A DNA stretch of 64,000 nt, from the NCBI RefSeq assembly GCF_009914755.1, contig NC_060933.1. One strand, 5' to 3'. Both the position numbers and the translations under genes were made by a program. A model generated the notes under the pieces. It was not told the origin of the DNA. It did no database searches and worked only from the letters and a program-made list of their open reading frames with translations. Position 1 is the first letter of the stretch. Every line of letters starts with the position of its first letter. This document shows, piece by piece, positions 1 through 17,979 of this stretch. Source of the stretch: the human T2T-CHM13v2.0 reference genome, Homo sapiens.

Positions 1-511
1 TCACCTGCGAGACTTGGGCCATGTTCTCAAGACTTCAGCCAGCTCTGTGCCCGTGTTCACCTGGAACCCCTTTCCTAATAGAGCCCGGGAACTGATGAAG
101 CCTCCTTTGCTGCTTCCTGAGAGGGAGCCACACTCAAGGCCAGCCCGAGGCCAGCAGGCCACAGCTCTTGCTCTCGGGTGTCTGAGGGAGGAGGGAGTCC
201 CTGTGGTCCTCCATTTCCTCCACCCTCCTGGCTGCTGGGGCTTCCCCTTTCGACCCCTGCCTAGCCATGCCTCGATTCTATTCCCTTCTCTACCTCGCCA
301 CTATCCCCTCACCATCAGAACCTCTCTGTCCTGGGTCTCTTTACGTCACAGCAAGCGCTTGTTAGCTGATTAACAATTAGCCATGGCCATGAGTTCATAG
401 GCTCACCCCAAGGACTGGGCACCCCCTCCGAACTGTTTGTACATTCACAGGGAATTCGCAGAAGCACTAGCCTTTCTCAATGAACAACTTGCCAGGCACT
501 GTGCTAGATGA

Positions 512-821
<310 letters not shown>

Positions 822-1549
822 CATATGTTATCTCATTTAATTCTCACAGCAATTCTGTAATTATTCCCTATTCCTATGTTGCAGATGAAGACGGAATAGC
901 TCAGAAAGGTTAATTAACTTGCTCAAGGTCTCACAGATAATAATGAGAGCTGGGATTCAAGGCACCTGTGAGGCTTACGGGGTGAGGACTCAGTAGTGAC
1001 TGGGATGTGGCCTTGCCTTCTCTGCCTTCTGAAGAGCCAGTTCTGTTTGTTCAGCTCCTCCTATGAAAGGGCAACAGGACTTTCTGGGATTTTCAGGCAT
1101 AACCCTGAAGTTCAGGTAGAAGTTGTTTTCCCCAAATCTTTTGAGCCAGGGGCTTGTAGCCTTCCCAAAAGGGAACACAGTGGACGCATGGCTAGCGGGG
1201 ACCGAAAGCGGAAGCCCGAGCAGCCGGCTATCAACCCTCGTTTGTAGCAATACCTCTGCGGGGTGTGTGAGAGATCAAAAGCTCACAATATTGTGGGGAG
1301 CACTGAAGAGGGCCTAAGCCCCAAGCAGGATGAGTCAAGAGGATTCTGGCTCCTGAGCACTGTAAGCAGATGCCAAAGAGGCATCTCTGGCCCCTTCATG
1401 AGGTGGGCCTGTGATGCCAGGTGGCCAAGCCCACTAGGTGGCAGCAGAGAACCAGTCAGTGGCCAGCAAGGTCTAGCAGGTACAAATCCTAACCCTGGGG
1501 CTGGTGTGGGGGCTGAGCTGCCTCACAGTAACAGTTCACACTATTGTTG

Positions 1550-1750
1550 CTAGGCGTATTCTGTGCCACGTGCTGTACCAAGCACTTCCAACAGGATCTC
1601 GTTTAACTCTCACCATGAACCTATGAAGCAGATGCTGCTATTATCCCTTTCATTTCAGATGCGTGCACTGGGGCTTTCAGAGGTTTGAGATTTGCCCAAG
1701 GTCACACACACTGAAGAGATGAAGTGCAAGTGGTTTGGACTCTAGAGCTC
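1550..1750 (-). mobile_element. MIR
   Basis: ttgcccaaggtcacaca core and attatccc..tttcagatg. Confidence 0.7.
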
Positions 1751-2126
1751 CTGCTGTTAGTTTGGGACTAGATTGCCAGGGGAGAAAAGGAAGCCACTTG
1801 GAAGTGTTGAAAATGAAGGCAGGTAGGGCCTGACTTGGGCTGGCTTTGGTGTGGACTCTGAGGCCCAAGGCCGGCTCAAAAACAGAGACTAAGAGCCTAG
1901 TTAGAGGGAACTTCTAGGGGGCTTCCGGGAAACAGGATGTGGTAGGTTTTTCAAGTTGAGGTGCCCAGGGAACCCCTATTTGAAGAAGCGATCGCCAGCT
2001 TATCCTGTTCACATAGCCCTGAAAGGGCCAGGCACCTCAGAAGCTGCAAACCACTCAAAGACCCAAAGGGATGCCTGTGAAAGAGCTGGTCAGGTCTCCC
2101 TCGTTGAGCTCAAAGAACAAACAAGG

Positions 2127-2589
<463 letters not shown>

Positions 2590-3620
2590 TCACCAGAGAA
2601 CTTGAATGAGACCTGGGAACTTCACCTTGCCCTGAGATCCAGGTCAGTACTCCCTCCTCTGTGGTCTTGCCACCAGTCATACATGGGCCAGGCTATTATA
2701 GAACCCAGCTCAGTGCAATGGACTTTTCAGCTCAGAACTGCATCCCTCTTTGTAGACTAGTACTCACCACCAGGACTTTCTGGGATTTTCAGGCATAACC
2801 CTGAAATTCAGGTTGGAGTTGCTCTCTCCAAATCTATTGACACAAGGGGCTTATATCCTTCCCAATTTTTGCACAAAATTCCCTGAGATAGCCTCCACTC
2901 TGGGAACTCAGTCTAAGTCATGGTCTATTGTTCTGCCTCAAGGTCTCCAACTGGTTGTTCTTTCTGAAATGCTCTCTCTCCATCTTTTCATGGCTGACTG
3001 CTTCTTACCATTTAGGTCTCAGTTTAAATTTTCCCTCCTTTACAGATAGGCTCTCCCTGGCTTGCCTAATAAAGATCAACCCTTCTTTGTTTTCTTTCTC
3101 CCTTACCATTTTCAGTGGTGACTATCCAGTATCTGGTGGGTTGGTACTGCCCTTACACAGGACAGCCTTTGTCCATAGCTCACGATGGAAACCAGAAAAA
3201 TCACAGGATCTGAAAGGAATGGGTCCTCAGGTATTATGGGAAAGGGGACCTTAGAGGTCATTTAATCTAAGTCTTGAGCTGCTAGGACTGTCATATTCCG
3301 GTGGGGTTTTTTTTCTTTGTTTTGTTTGTTCACAATGGCTATGGAGAGCTGGTGAGCAAAGGTGACTGTTGTGTCCCACTGAAATGCTTCTGGGCTGTCC
3401 AAGATAGATCATGATGTTAAGTAGAATCAGCTCTGGGGTCAATTATTAGGTGAGTGCAAAAGTAACTGTGATTTTTGCACTGTCGGACTTTGCTGTTTGA
3501 TATTAAATACATTCTTAAATAAATGTGGTTATGTTATACATCATTTTAATGGGCATTTCTCACTTTATGTATTTTTGCTAAAGACATCACTTGTTCTTTG
3601 TTGTATGTTTATTTTAGACT

Positions 3621-5773
<2,153 letters not shown>

Positions 5774-6058
5774 TGTCATATTTTATGTGACATGGCAATC
5801 CTATGGAGGAGGGACCAACATTTAAAATAAATGGCTTCCCTAGGATAGAGCACTGGGACTGGGGAAAACAGAGGCCACAGTCAGCTGTGACTTTTTGAAG
5901 GAAGGAATAAAGTTGGTTTCTTTCATGCCAATTTAGCAATTACAGACGACCCCGTCAGAAATCTAAACCCGTGACTATCATGGGACTCAAAACCAGGAAA
6001 AAAAATAAGTCAAAACGATTAAGAGCCAGAGAAGCAGTCTTCATACACGCGGCCAGCC

Positions 6059-6086
6059 AGCAGACAGAGGACTCTCATTAAGGAAG
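6059..6086 (+). other. MLANA: MLANA exon 1 (non-coding 5'UTR; TSS approximate)
   Basis: AGCAGACAGAGGACTCTCATTAAGGAAG matches my recollection of the MART-1 mRNA 5' end and is followed by a consensus donor AAG|GTAAGA at 6087. Confidence 0.85.
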
Positions 6087-7624
6087 GTAAGAGCGTTGCC
6101 TTCTCGCCATAATCATAGTCCTCTTCTCCCAGAATAGGATTTGGGAAATTCTGGCTAAGTCCTCTGCCTACCCTCATTGCCCCGCTGATGTGTGACATCA
6201 ACAGAATTTCTCCGCAACGTTTGTCAGTCTCCAACCTCAGAGGGCTCACAAAGCCTCCTCCTGAATCCTCTCTCAGTCCTCCAACACTACCAAGAAGAAA
6301 AGCAATTATTCAGGATGGCATCTTGCTGGGGAGAAGCAGCCTCCCTGAGGTAGATGTGTTCTCCTGTCACTTAAAGAACCACTTCTCCTGGTCTGAGTAG
6401 TAAGAGGCGCATTTGCTGTTGCTGCACCATTTGCCAAGGCTCTGAGTTTGAGGTATGGGATGTATTAAAACAATTTAATGAAGAATTAAGATTCCATTCT
6501 GTCATTTTGAACACAGGGTTCAGTCCTATATTATTCACTTGAGAGGACTGGTGAGTTTGACTTTCATTTCTTTTTTACAACTGGGAAGGGCAAATTACAC
6601 ATAAAATGTCCCAGTGGAAAGGGGTCATGTGTCGAAATCCCCACTCTTCTGTCTCACCTCTCCCTGTTGTTTTAAACTGGGGCTCATTAATATAATTCTA
6701 TGGGGATCACACCTTTGAAATTCATGAGGACAGTAAGAGAGCAGAAAAATACACAATAATAAGGAAAGGAGCTTCCATTATTGGTTTTTAATGAGCGTAC
6801 TTGAATTACGGCCACTGCAGTTTATGGATATTTTTTGTTGTTCATTTGTATGTGTTATAGTTAGAAAAAAAAAGAATCCTAGCCAAGGGACTTGAACCAG
6901 AGAGAAGCAGAAATTGACTTAAGTAGGAAGGGAAACACATTGTTAGATAAAGTCAGGTCCTGGGCTTCCTCGGCTTGTTTTGGGTGGAGTGCCTGGGGAC
7001 AGGCTGAAGCCCCTGTGTGGGGTGGTTTCCTTTGCTGAAAAGCTGGGCTGGAAGATGTTGTGCTCAGTGCTCAACCTCATGCACCCTCGCGAGGCACAGG
7101 CAACGGGTGCTCTGGGAAACACACGTTATGTATCATAGCCTCTGTTTGTCTGTGGGATTGATATCCAATAATAACTTTGGAGAAAAATAACTCCTCTTAT
7201 TTTGTTAGCCACAGCCCTGGGCCAGGGAAGGTGGAGAATCAGTGAAAATGCATTTTGTTTGTTTCTCTAGAAGTTTATGGTGCAGAGTCAAATTGAAGGC
7301 AAATGAGGAATATTTTTTCACCAAATAATAACTCAACTTGCAAGTCTTTTTTGCTTTTGTTTGTAGTTTCTTCTTTGAACTTAATTTTCAGTTAGTAGGA
7401 GGGGTTAGAAACCTGAGCTATTGCTAAAGCCCTTGATATGAATGAAAGAAGCAGGTGCAAATCCCCTCACAGAGAGAAACCAAAGGGTCCTGGCTATGGA
7501 TATTGGTCACCTAGTGAGGATGCTGTTGTGGGTCTTTATGAGATGATGAATAGGGTGGCTTTGGATGCATTAATGATGCCCACATGCTCCTTCTGTTAGG
7601 TGTCCTGTGCCCTGACCCTACAAG

Positions 7625-7701
7625 ATGCCAAGAGAAGATGCTCACTTCATCTATGGTTACCCCAAGAAGGGGCACGGCCACTCTTACACCACGGCTGAAG
7701 A
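7625..7701 (+). CDS. MLANA: MLANA exon 2 coding part (exon 7600-7701): MPREDAHFIYGYPKKGHGHSYTTAE(E)
   Basis: Acceptor ttctgttAG|G at 7598-7599, ATG at 7625, donor GA|GTAAGT at 7702. Translation is the Melan-A N-terminus. Confidence 0.98.
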
Positions 7702-10700
7702 GTAAGTTCAAAACCAGACCCAGCAGGGCTTCCAGTTTGCCGTTTGCTGACACAGCCTGCTGACTTCCACCAGTACATGCCTGCTCGTAAATCTCCCTAG
7801 TGTTTATCTCCCCAGACAGTAACATCCCTGGCAACAAGGGGAGGAGATTCTGTGCTTCTATAAGGGGCTCAGTCAAGCTTCTCTGAGGCCAAACAGGCAG
7901 GAAGATGGGAATGGTATAAGGTTGGATCTTGCCATTTTTGGGTGCACTTTTGACTATTGGGTCTTATCTGTAGGTTCCCAAGTGGAAAAACATCTGTTCA
8001 GGATCACAGTGCCTCTCTCCTCAATCCTTGTTCTGTCTCCTCCACTCAAATTCCTGAAGGTGGTTTGCAGACAGAATAAAAGTGAGTTGCCAAGGAGCCA
8101 GTAAGGATGACGGGCAGGTGTGTGTGACTCAGCCCACAGCCAGACTCGAGAGGAAGATGGAGGTCACAGCCTTTGCAGTATAACTTTATCCTAAGGAAAG
8201 ACATTGGGTTTTATGAGTGAATTAAAAATAAGTATTTATATGATTAAGCATTTCTAAATGCTAAGCATTGTATACTGGCGTGAGACACTGTTTTTATCTT
8301 TGAAAAAACTCACAACTTAGTGGGAGAGTTAGGCATGAGATTAATTTCAGCAAATGTAAGTGCGGTAATGAAAACCCAGAGGCTGCAGGGACATACTCTG
8401 TATGTGCTGGGAGTGGGAAAGGGACATACTCTGTACGTGCTGGGTGGCAGGGGCAGGGGAGGCCCCACCCTCTGCGTGGGACTGTAACAGGACAACACCC
8501 TCTTATGTGGTCTGTCCAGAACTCCCTGTGAACCTGCTCTTTCTTTGGAAAGAGCTGTTGAACAATCTTTGTTAACAGTCAACCGCAGGGACCAGCAAGA
8601 TGTAAAGCCCAACAAAGGCACTGAGGAAGAGTTCAGGCAGACAGCATTTCCTCAGAAGACCCTGGTATAGGATCCTCTAATATCCCTGGCCAATTGGAGA
8701 TGAGGGCGGCGGTATCCTCTCAGAAAATGTCCTGACAGCAAAAACATACTCCTTGAGGGAGGGGAGCCCATTGCCCGTGCTATTAGTTAGGGTATCGTTT
8801 CAGCTTGTGTATAATCACTCAACAGACTCTTTAAAATATACTTTTATGTCTCGTGTAAAAATTCAAGAGTAAAGAGTTCAAGGCCTGTTCGTTTTCTTCT
8901 TGCTGGTTACTCCCTTGGGATGTCACTTTTGTCCCCATGGCTGAAGATGTTGTGCCATCACCTCCACATCTTGCCAACAGAAAGCAGGAGGTGAAGGAGA
9001 GGCTAGGACCGTTCCTTTCAAGGGGCACACGTCACTTCTGCTTATTGCTCCACCCCCGCCCCCCGCCCCGTGGCACCCACCCTGGTGGGTATCATTCTTG
9101 CTGTGTTGTAAATGAAGAAAGGTTTAGAGAAATTAGGAAATGTGTGGCCAGACATGGTGGCGCTGGGATTTAAATCCAGGTCTGTTTGCCTCCAGAGTCC
9201 ATGCTCTTAAGTGTTATGCTGCAGGCCAGCAGAGGCAAATATTTGCACAATGCCATCCGACGAGAGGCTAGGGCAGAGGTCAGTATCTCTCAGTGTGAAG
9301 CTGGAGGCTGATGCTAGTCAGCTCAGTAGGCCGAAAGTGGAGTTGTCCTTTGCCATGTAGGGCCATCATGCCCAGCTGGGGAACCTCATAGCCAGGTGTA
9401 CCCACAACCTGAACAAGGTAACTTTCAGGGTCTAGTCAGGAAGAAACCAACTAGATGGTTCAACATAGAGACTTTAATATAAGAAGCTGGTTAGACAGGC
9501 ATGGGACTGAGACTGAGGAGGCAAAGAAGGCATCGGGGCAACCAAGGCTGTACCCACAGAATGCTGCTTCTACCCCCGTGTCTGGGGTAACAAACGGAAG
9601 GGTGAGGCCATCAGGACCTAGAGTTGGGAGGAGGGACGCCACAGAAATGGGACCCAGATCTCTAAGGAGAGATTTTTGTTTGGCTGGTTCTGGTGTCTCA
9701 AGAGCTTAGAAGTGAGGGGCATGAATCAAATACTCAGGCCTCTGAGGTCAGCCAGTGCTCTGCTGGGGAGGGGCATAATGAAGCTGGCTCTGACAATGCC
9801 GGAAAACGAGCTGGTGCTTGGCATATACAGACAATGTGAGCATTGCTGGGGTGATCCTGACAGGAGCCAGAAGCACACTGGAAGGAGCTGCTCCTTCTTG
9901 ATGCCCCAGGTTTGTAGGCACCCTCTAGAGTACTCTAATGGGAGCCAGTGGGCAAAGGAGAAGTGGCATTTGCAGAGTCCAGTCCCAGCATCACAGAGCA
10001 GAGCATAGAAAGGTAGGTTTGGAGTTGAGGGACAATGGCTTAATAAAGGGCAAAGGGGGTTATGACCACTATCATGTGAAGGAACCCCTTGACTGAAGGC
10101 ACAAGCTTTCTGTGTCTTGCAACCTGAATGACGTGCATAAGCAGGGTCAGGTGGGTTATCTGACATTTTCCTTGAGAACAAGAGGGAGCCTCTGGATTCC
10201 AGCACAAAAGAAAAATACCCACTCAACCCGTATGCGTGGGAGCTATCCTTTAAAGAGAAAGTAATTCCTTTTGACATTTTGCTGTCTGTAGAAGGGTCAG
10301 ATGGCCAAAGCTTCCAGCACAATGAAACACTTAACTTCAGTCTGTGAGTGTAGGAACCCCTGAATACATGGAACATCATCATCTTGTGCAGGTACTGAAG
10401 GAGATCGGTCCAGAAAATAAGTAACTGCACATGGCCACCAATGTCAAAAGTCATTCCTCTCATGAAAAGTCCCTGCCCCCATTGCTGTTTGTTTAAATAG
10501 GTGGGATGGAGGTAGGGGAATGGGGCCATCTTCTTTTTTTTTTTTTAATTTTTTTGCATAAAATCCAGATCCTGCACAATGGGGCAATCTTCATTAAAAC
10601 AATGCATCCCTAAGATCTGAGAATATTTATCCTTCTCACAATTGTGCCAGCAGGTGGAATGAAGAAGAATGATGCAAAATAAGTTCCCACATCCAGCCAA

Positions 10701-10756
10701 GAAGGACTACATACCTGCTTTGGGTATTATGTATCTCTTTGAAACCTCAGTGGAGA

Positions 10757-10935
10757 GCAGTTCTCACAGTTGGGTGGACACAAGTCATCCATGGAACTTG
10801 TTAAAATGCAGATTTCTAGGTGCTGCCACCTAAGAGGCTGATTGGGTAGGCCAGGGGTGGAGTCCTATGATCTGCACCTTAACGTGCATCTCAGGTGATT
10901 CTGCTGCAGGTGGTATTTGGAAGACACTCTGAGGC
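10757..10935. mobile_element. MER5A-like hAT relic
   Basis: cttgttaaaatgcagatt...caggtgattctgctgcag...cactctgag motif set. Confidence 0.65.
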
Positions 10936-12706
10936 GCCCTGCCAAGCTGGGCAGTGGGTTCTTCCAATGTGTCAGGCATACCCTGGTGCTTTTCGCTCTC
11001 AGTCACTTGGGCATGTTGTGAGTACCACGTGACCATGCATAAAGTGCTGTAACAGAGCTCTGTCTGTGTCAAGATATTCAAGTGGACGCCACAGGGTAAA
11101 ATGAGAGCACAGGCATGTTGGGAGTTGAATCAGCTGCCTTCAGTCACGAGAACACACTGAACACTCCTTGTGACAGCTTCAGTTCAGGAAAGAGTGACTC
11201 TGCAGGAAAAGCACTGGCCTGGGAGACCTGGATCTGGCCCAAATTCTGGTGCTCACTTGCTTGGTCTCCCGTTCCAGTTGCTGTGAATGTTGGTTCTGCC
11301 ACTTGCTGGTCGTGCAGCCCTGGGCACTTGACCAGCATAATGTCAGCTGTAAAATGAACATCATTCCTAACTCCGAGGACTGTGGTTAGGATGAAATAAA
11401 AGCATATATGTGGGGGTGCCTAGCCCAGTGCCTGGCACAAATTGGTGCTCAATGAATGGTAGTCACTATGGTTATGGTAATGTTGATGAATCTTCATAGG
11501 TCTCAGCTTCCTGATCTATAAAGCGGGTGGACTGACCTACATAAGTCAGAGTTTCCATCTAGCACTGTCATCCCATGGTTCGCTCTATCCTGTTTGGAGA
11601 CGGACAGGATAAGCTTGATGTCTCCTCAGCCTTGAGACAGAAGTTGTCCAGTAGATGGTACTGAGCAAAAGTCTCTCCAGCAGAAGCCTTAGTTAAACCT
11701 TGCTTCTCCTGTAGCTGCTCAGTCTCTTGTAAGTCACTCAGCTCTGCAGAAACTTTCTTAGCGAGTTGACAACCACAGATAACAGAGTCAGTTCTGTCGA
11801 TTTTGATCATGCTGTGATCAGGCAGATGTTAGCTAATTGATGATGCTTGCCCGGAGTGAACAGCTCCAGGCCCTGTTTCCAGGGTCTTTGTGGTAACTTT
11901 GTGGTAACTGTAATGCTTCCCAGGGGTCACTGAACACAGGGCCCAAGAGGCTGGTGTAGACCCCCAGATTGGCACCCTGCTGCTTAGACAAGATCCTTCT
12001 CAATAAGTAATGCCACAGCTTTGCTGTAGGTTCAGCCCAGACACTTCTCCCTAGGGCTGCAAGGAGCAAAGCGGGGAGTTTAGGGAAGGGAGGGCACGAA
12101 CATAATTGAGACGGATTCAGGTTCAAATCCAGCCTCTGTTTTGTGCTAGCTCTGTATGATCACCAGCGAGTCATGTATCCTCTGCCTTTTATTTCCTCTT
12201 CTGTGAAAATAGGGGATGATAAATTGTGTCTACCCTCCAGTGTTGATGTGAGAATTGAATAAGCTAATGAATGTTTAGCACAGCACCTGGCTTTTAGTAG
12301 ATGAGTCAGTGTTAATTTCTATTTTCTCTTTGTGGGCTGAGTTGGAGAAAATGTTTTAAAACAGCCTGATGAGAAGAAAAGATAATTTAGCCCCAATAAA
12401 TACATTGTCCACATAAAGACCAGTTACTATGGCACTTCTCATACCTGGAACTTGGGTGCCTGGGCCATGCCAATTAGCAGAGTTCCTGTGGGCACACACT
12501 TGAGAGGCTCCTAAAGACCTGGGTTAGATCCAGGTGCTGGAGGCCTGGTGGGGTGCCCAGTGTGGGAGGTGGGAAACTACTTGGACACTGGGAGATGCTG
12601 CTCTGGGTCGTCAAAGTCCATATGAAGAGGAAGACTGATTTATGCTTCATCATAATGTAGAACAATGTTTCAATGACAAAGTGGATTTGTCTATCTCTTG
12701 GGCCAG

Positions 12707-12803
12707 GGCCGCTGGGATCGGCATCCTGACAGTGATCCTGGGAGTCTTACTGCTCATCGGCTGTTGGTATTGTAGAAGACGAAATGGATACAGAGCCTTG
12801 ATG
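12707..12803 (+). CDS. MLANA: MLANA exon 3: (E)AAGIGILTVILGVLLLIGCWYCRRRNGYRALM, transmembrane helix and the AAGIGILTV T-cell epitope
   Basis: ccAG|G at 12705-12706, donor ATG|GTTGGT at 12804. 77+97 nt = 58 codons keeps frame. Seen in ORF 12642..12890. Confidence 0.98.
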
Positions 12804-13011
12804 GTTGGTAAAGTTCCCACTGCTGAAATCCCTCCAAGTCCAGGGCCCTCTTTCCAGTTCTTTCCTCTGAATCTCTGGAGAGTCAGATAATTGCCTCATT
12901 ATAACCTTCAGCTCTGATTCCGGCTTCTGATGCCTCTTTTGCTACATTGTACTTTGGCAACTCTACCTTTGCCTCTGCTCAGGCATGAACCTCAACCAGG
13001 AACTTGCCCTG

Positions 13012-13688
13012 TGTCTTAGTCTGTGATTATAACATAATACGAGAGACTGTAATTTATAAATAAATGAAATTCATTTGGTTTACAGTTGGGAGGCTGGGAA
13101 CTCCAAGATCTAGGGGCCACACCTGGTGAGGACTTCTTGCTGTGTCATATCATAGTGGAAGGCATCACATGGGCAAGGGAGTGAGAGAGCAAGAGGGAGC
13201 TGAACTCATTTTTTTTTTTTCTTGAAACAGGAAATCCTGGGATGGAGCGCAGTGGTGATCATGAGTCACTGTAGCCTTGACCTCCTGGGCTCAAGCCATC
13301 CTCCTGTCTCAGCCTCCAGAGTAGCTGGGACCACAGGCACGTGCCACCACACCGGCTAATTAAAAAAAAACTTTTTTTTGTAGAGACGAGGTCCCACTAT
13401 GTTGCCCAGGCTGGTCTCAAACTCCTGGGCTAAAGTGATCCTGCCTCGGCCTCCCAAAGTGTTGGGACTACAAGTGTGAAACACTCCACATATGGCCCAA
13501 ACTCACTTTTATAACCAACCTACTTTTGCAATAACAAACACACTCCTGCAATAACAACATTAATCCATTCATGAGGACAGAGCCCTTGTAACTTAATCAC
13601 CTCTTAAAAGTCCTACCTCTTACCATTGTTGCATTGGGGATTAGGTTTCCAATACACGAATTTTGGGGGACACATTCAAACTATAGCA
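13012..13688 (-). mobile_element. MaLR solo LTR (MST/MLT1A-like) interrupted by an Alu
   Basis: TGTCTTAGTC... start, ggaggctgggaactccaagatc, attaatccattcatgagg, ...gggggacacattcaaactatagCA end. Confidence 0.82.
13209..13497 (-). mobile_element. Alu (AluJ-like)
   Basis: Antisense dimer with gacctcctgggctcaagccatcctcc. TSD-like aactca(t/c)ttt. Confidence 0.9.
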
Positions 13689-16648
13689 CCTGTCTCTTTG
13701 GTTCTACTCATAGCAGACTTGGGTACCTGGATGTTGTGTGTAGCTAAGCACTGACGGTTTATAGGGCACAGGGGAAGGGGTTTGAGGTTCCCTTATAGCA
13801 AACAGGAGTATATTAGACACCTCAGGTTTTACCACTTCTGGGAATTCTTGCTGGTTCTGTTACTCCACTTTGTGACCTGCTCTTCCTACTTTTCTTCTTC
13901 ACCCCTTTCCTCACTGGTTACCTGTGAATTCCAAGTTCTTCTGACTCTACACTAAGCATCCCAGGATATCATCAGTGCGATGAGGAAACCATCCTTCCTG
14001 CATCAGCACAAAGGGTCACTTGTGTGTTTTTTAACAGGCTGCATCCTTCTTAGATGGCCAAAGGTTTTAATAGTATTTTTTTCTTCTTTACCCAAATATG
14101 CAGGAAGCTAACACAATTACACAATCCAATCTTCTGGTACCAGTATCCTCCATGAATGGGAAACATCAACTGAGTTTATAAGCTATAAAAATTACAGGTT
14201 TCAGCAATCTTGCTTAAAGCCAGGTAGCACTTCAGCACTTCAGCACCCGAAGGCATTCTCCATAGATCTCGCTGTCTCTCTTTCTTGTTATTACAGATCT
14301 GAAAGCTTTTCAGGTTGATGCATAATGGAAAAAAAGTATCTTTCCAAAAGATGTTGGAAAGTCCCATTCCTCATTCAGCAAGCACTTCATTTAGAGGAAA
14401 AGGTCCTGTGAAAGAGAGGAGGGTTGGTGTGGGGTGGGGATTGAAGCTTGGCAAGCTGATAAGGAGAAGGTGAGAGATACAACTCTGGATTCTTTCCCTC
14501 TTTGCCAAGAAACTTGGGCAGTCTCATGTCTCATGTCTCCTGTTCCCCAATGTCTTTCCAGAGCATAAATACAAATACAAACCATCAAAGGCAAGTCAAG
14601 TCTGGGGGCTGACACACCCACCGAGCATAGCCCTCTAGTGTGCTGACATCTAGTGGGAAGGAGGAGGAGTTGATGAATCTGAACAAGACTCCAATATTGG
14701 AGGAAATACTTGAGGAAAGCCTTGGGTTAGAAAGTTAGGGATAGAATTCCTGCTCATACGGCTGTCCACAACAGGTTAGTAGGGGAGGACTTTAATCTCT
14801 GCCATAGAACTCCATTTGTAACTCTAGCATGGGGTTATGACATTGCCTTGTAATTGGCTATTTACTTTTTGCCTCTTCGACCCCTCCGCTTTCCCCTACG
14901 TATGAACCACAACAGAGAATATTTCTAACTCATCTTCATATCTCCAGTGCCTAGCACAGTGCCTGGCACATGGTAGTCACTCAATTGTGTTGCATTAGGA
15001 CTTGGTCCCATTGTCTGCCATTGAGTTGCTTGGAGACTAGAATTCAACTTCTCCAAGATTCACTAGCTCTATTTTACACCCAGACATGTTGGAAATCTGT
15101 GATGTAACACAATGTATATCCATTTTTATTTAATACATATTTTCTTCTATATTTTGATTTCATTATATATTTGTATATCAAAAACAAAATGTTTAGTCTT
15201 TCAAGAAGTAAAGCTATACAAACTCAATATGTTGGTACTCATTTCCTAACTATAATTATTAGTTTGATCCTATTGAACACAAATGCAGTAATTTTTCTTT
15301 TCTGCTTCAATGCTCTCATCTTAAATTCATTTAATTGAAAAATAACAGAGAGTCTTAATGTCATGTGCTCAGACACTGTGAACATTTTGCTTGGTAAGTT
15401 TCAAATTCAAACTCTATGCCTCCATTCCTCTAGGATTAGATCAGTGGTTTGTAGTTTCTGAGACTTTTTATTGAGAGGGAATCGTGTTTAAATTTCCTGG
15501 TTTATTTAATTTCCATATTTATTTTTTAAATTAATATTAAAATCTTATTTTGAGATTTTCATATATCTAGAAAAGTCAGTTTGGAGATCAGCAGTCTAAT
15601 AAGTTTAGGCAAAATTATGTAAAATAGTGCATTAAGTATTGCATTTAATTACATAATTACCTCCCTTTCTGTCTTCAGTGATTCTATTTTCATTTTAAAG
15701 CAAAGGGATGTAAATGACATTAAATATGAGCTTTGGGCATGTGAATTACTCCACCTTTAACAATCTTCATTAAGCTTGAAATGTCTACTTTTCAACTTCC
15801 ATTTGTCCACAGAGAGGCTGGTTGGAATTTAGATCTCTTAAAATTTCTCCCTTGGTTAACAATTCCCCTGAGCCCTGGAAAACATCTTTTGAAAGGAAAG
15901 GCTGCTTTTTGTAGCAACAGGAAGTGGGAAATGATTTGTAATAAACTGAACAGTGGTTTTTATATTAACCAGTTTTACATCTTCACTTGGAAGTTCAAGG
16001 ACAAAATACTTTTGATTCTTGGAGAATTTCATGGCCCTTGCTCTCAGCTCAGTTTACACTCATGTGTCAGGGCACTGTGTTTTTCAATGCATGGTCAGTG
16101 GTCACCTGCACTGGAATACTTTGGGGTTCTTGCTAAAAGGCAGATTCTGGGATCATCTCTGGTGGTGGGATTCAGGAATCTATATTTTAAAATGTACACC
16201 CAGTTTTAATGTAAATACAGAGAACTGGCAGTGAACCGGTAGAGTGGATCATACTCTTAACCTATGGTGAGTGAGAGGCTTAAAAAAAAAAGAAAAAGAA
16301 AAAAATGGTAATTGACAAGGGCAGTTTTATTTTTTTTTCCCAATCAGTACACCTTTTATATCCTTTTCCAGTTTATTGCATTAGTTATTTGCAACTTCCA
16401 GTATGATGCTGAAAAGGAGTGGTGAGACAGGACATCCTTGCCTTGTTCCTGATCTTAGCAGAAAAGCTTCAAGTATGATGTTAACTGTTGATTTTTTGTA
16501 CCTAGATATTCTTCAGCAAACTTGAGTAAGTTTCCCTTTATCCCTCGTTTATTGAGAGTTTTAAATTATGAATGGGTGTTTGATTTTGTCAAATGCTTTT
16601 TCTACATCTATTGATACAATCTTGCAAATTTCTTCTTTAGTCTATTGA

Positions 16649-17053
<405 letters not shown>

Positions 17054-17597
17054 TAGTTTGACTTGCTAATATTTTGTTGAGATTTTTTGCATCTGTATTC
17101 ATGAGTGATATTGAGCTGTAGTTTTCTCTTTTTGCAATATCTGTCTGGTATTAGGGTAATGCTGGCCTCATAAGCAATGAGTTACAAAGTATTCCCTTTG
17201 CTTCTATCTTCTGAAAGAGGTTATAGAGAATTGGTATAATATCTTTCTTAAATGTTTGGTAGAACTCACCACTGAACTCATCTGGGTCTGGTGCTTTCTG
17301 TTTTGGAAAGTTATTATTGATTCAATTTTTATAATAGATATAAATCTCTTCAGATGGTCTAGTTCTTCTTGCGTGGATTTTGACAGATTGTGTCTTTCAA
17401 AGAATTGTTACATTCACCTAGGTTTTCAAATTTGTGAGCATAGTTCATAGTATTCCTTGCTTATCCTTTTCATGTCCATTATTATTTCTGATAATAGTAG
17501 TTTGTGCCTTTTTATTTCTTAGCCTAGCTAAAGGCTTATCAATTTTATTGATCTTTTCCCAGAATCAGCATTTGGTTTCATTGATTTACTCTACTGA

Positions 17598-17979
<382 letters not shown>

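Noticed and set aside
8387-8444. 25-bp direct repeat with 33-bp period (and a similar 23-bp pair at 41961-42008)
   Set aside because: Two-copy slippage duplications; no array or spacer structure, not CRISPR-like.
8740-9990. Possible MLT1-type LTR relics (also ~25640-26060)
   Set aside because: Sequence resembles MaLR DNA, but I cannot fix boundaries or family by eye.
9726-10529. 267-aa minus-strand ORF in MLANA intron 2
   Set aside because: No recognisable domain or supporting splice structure; looks like chance open frame in old repeat-like intronic DNA.
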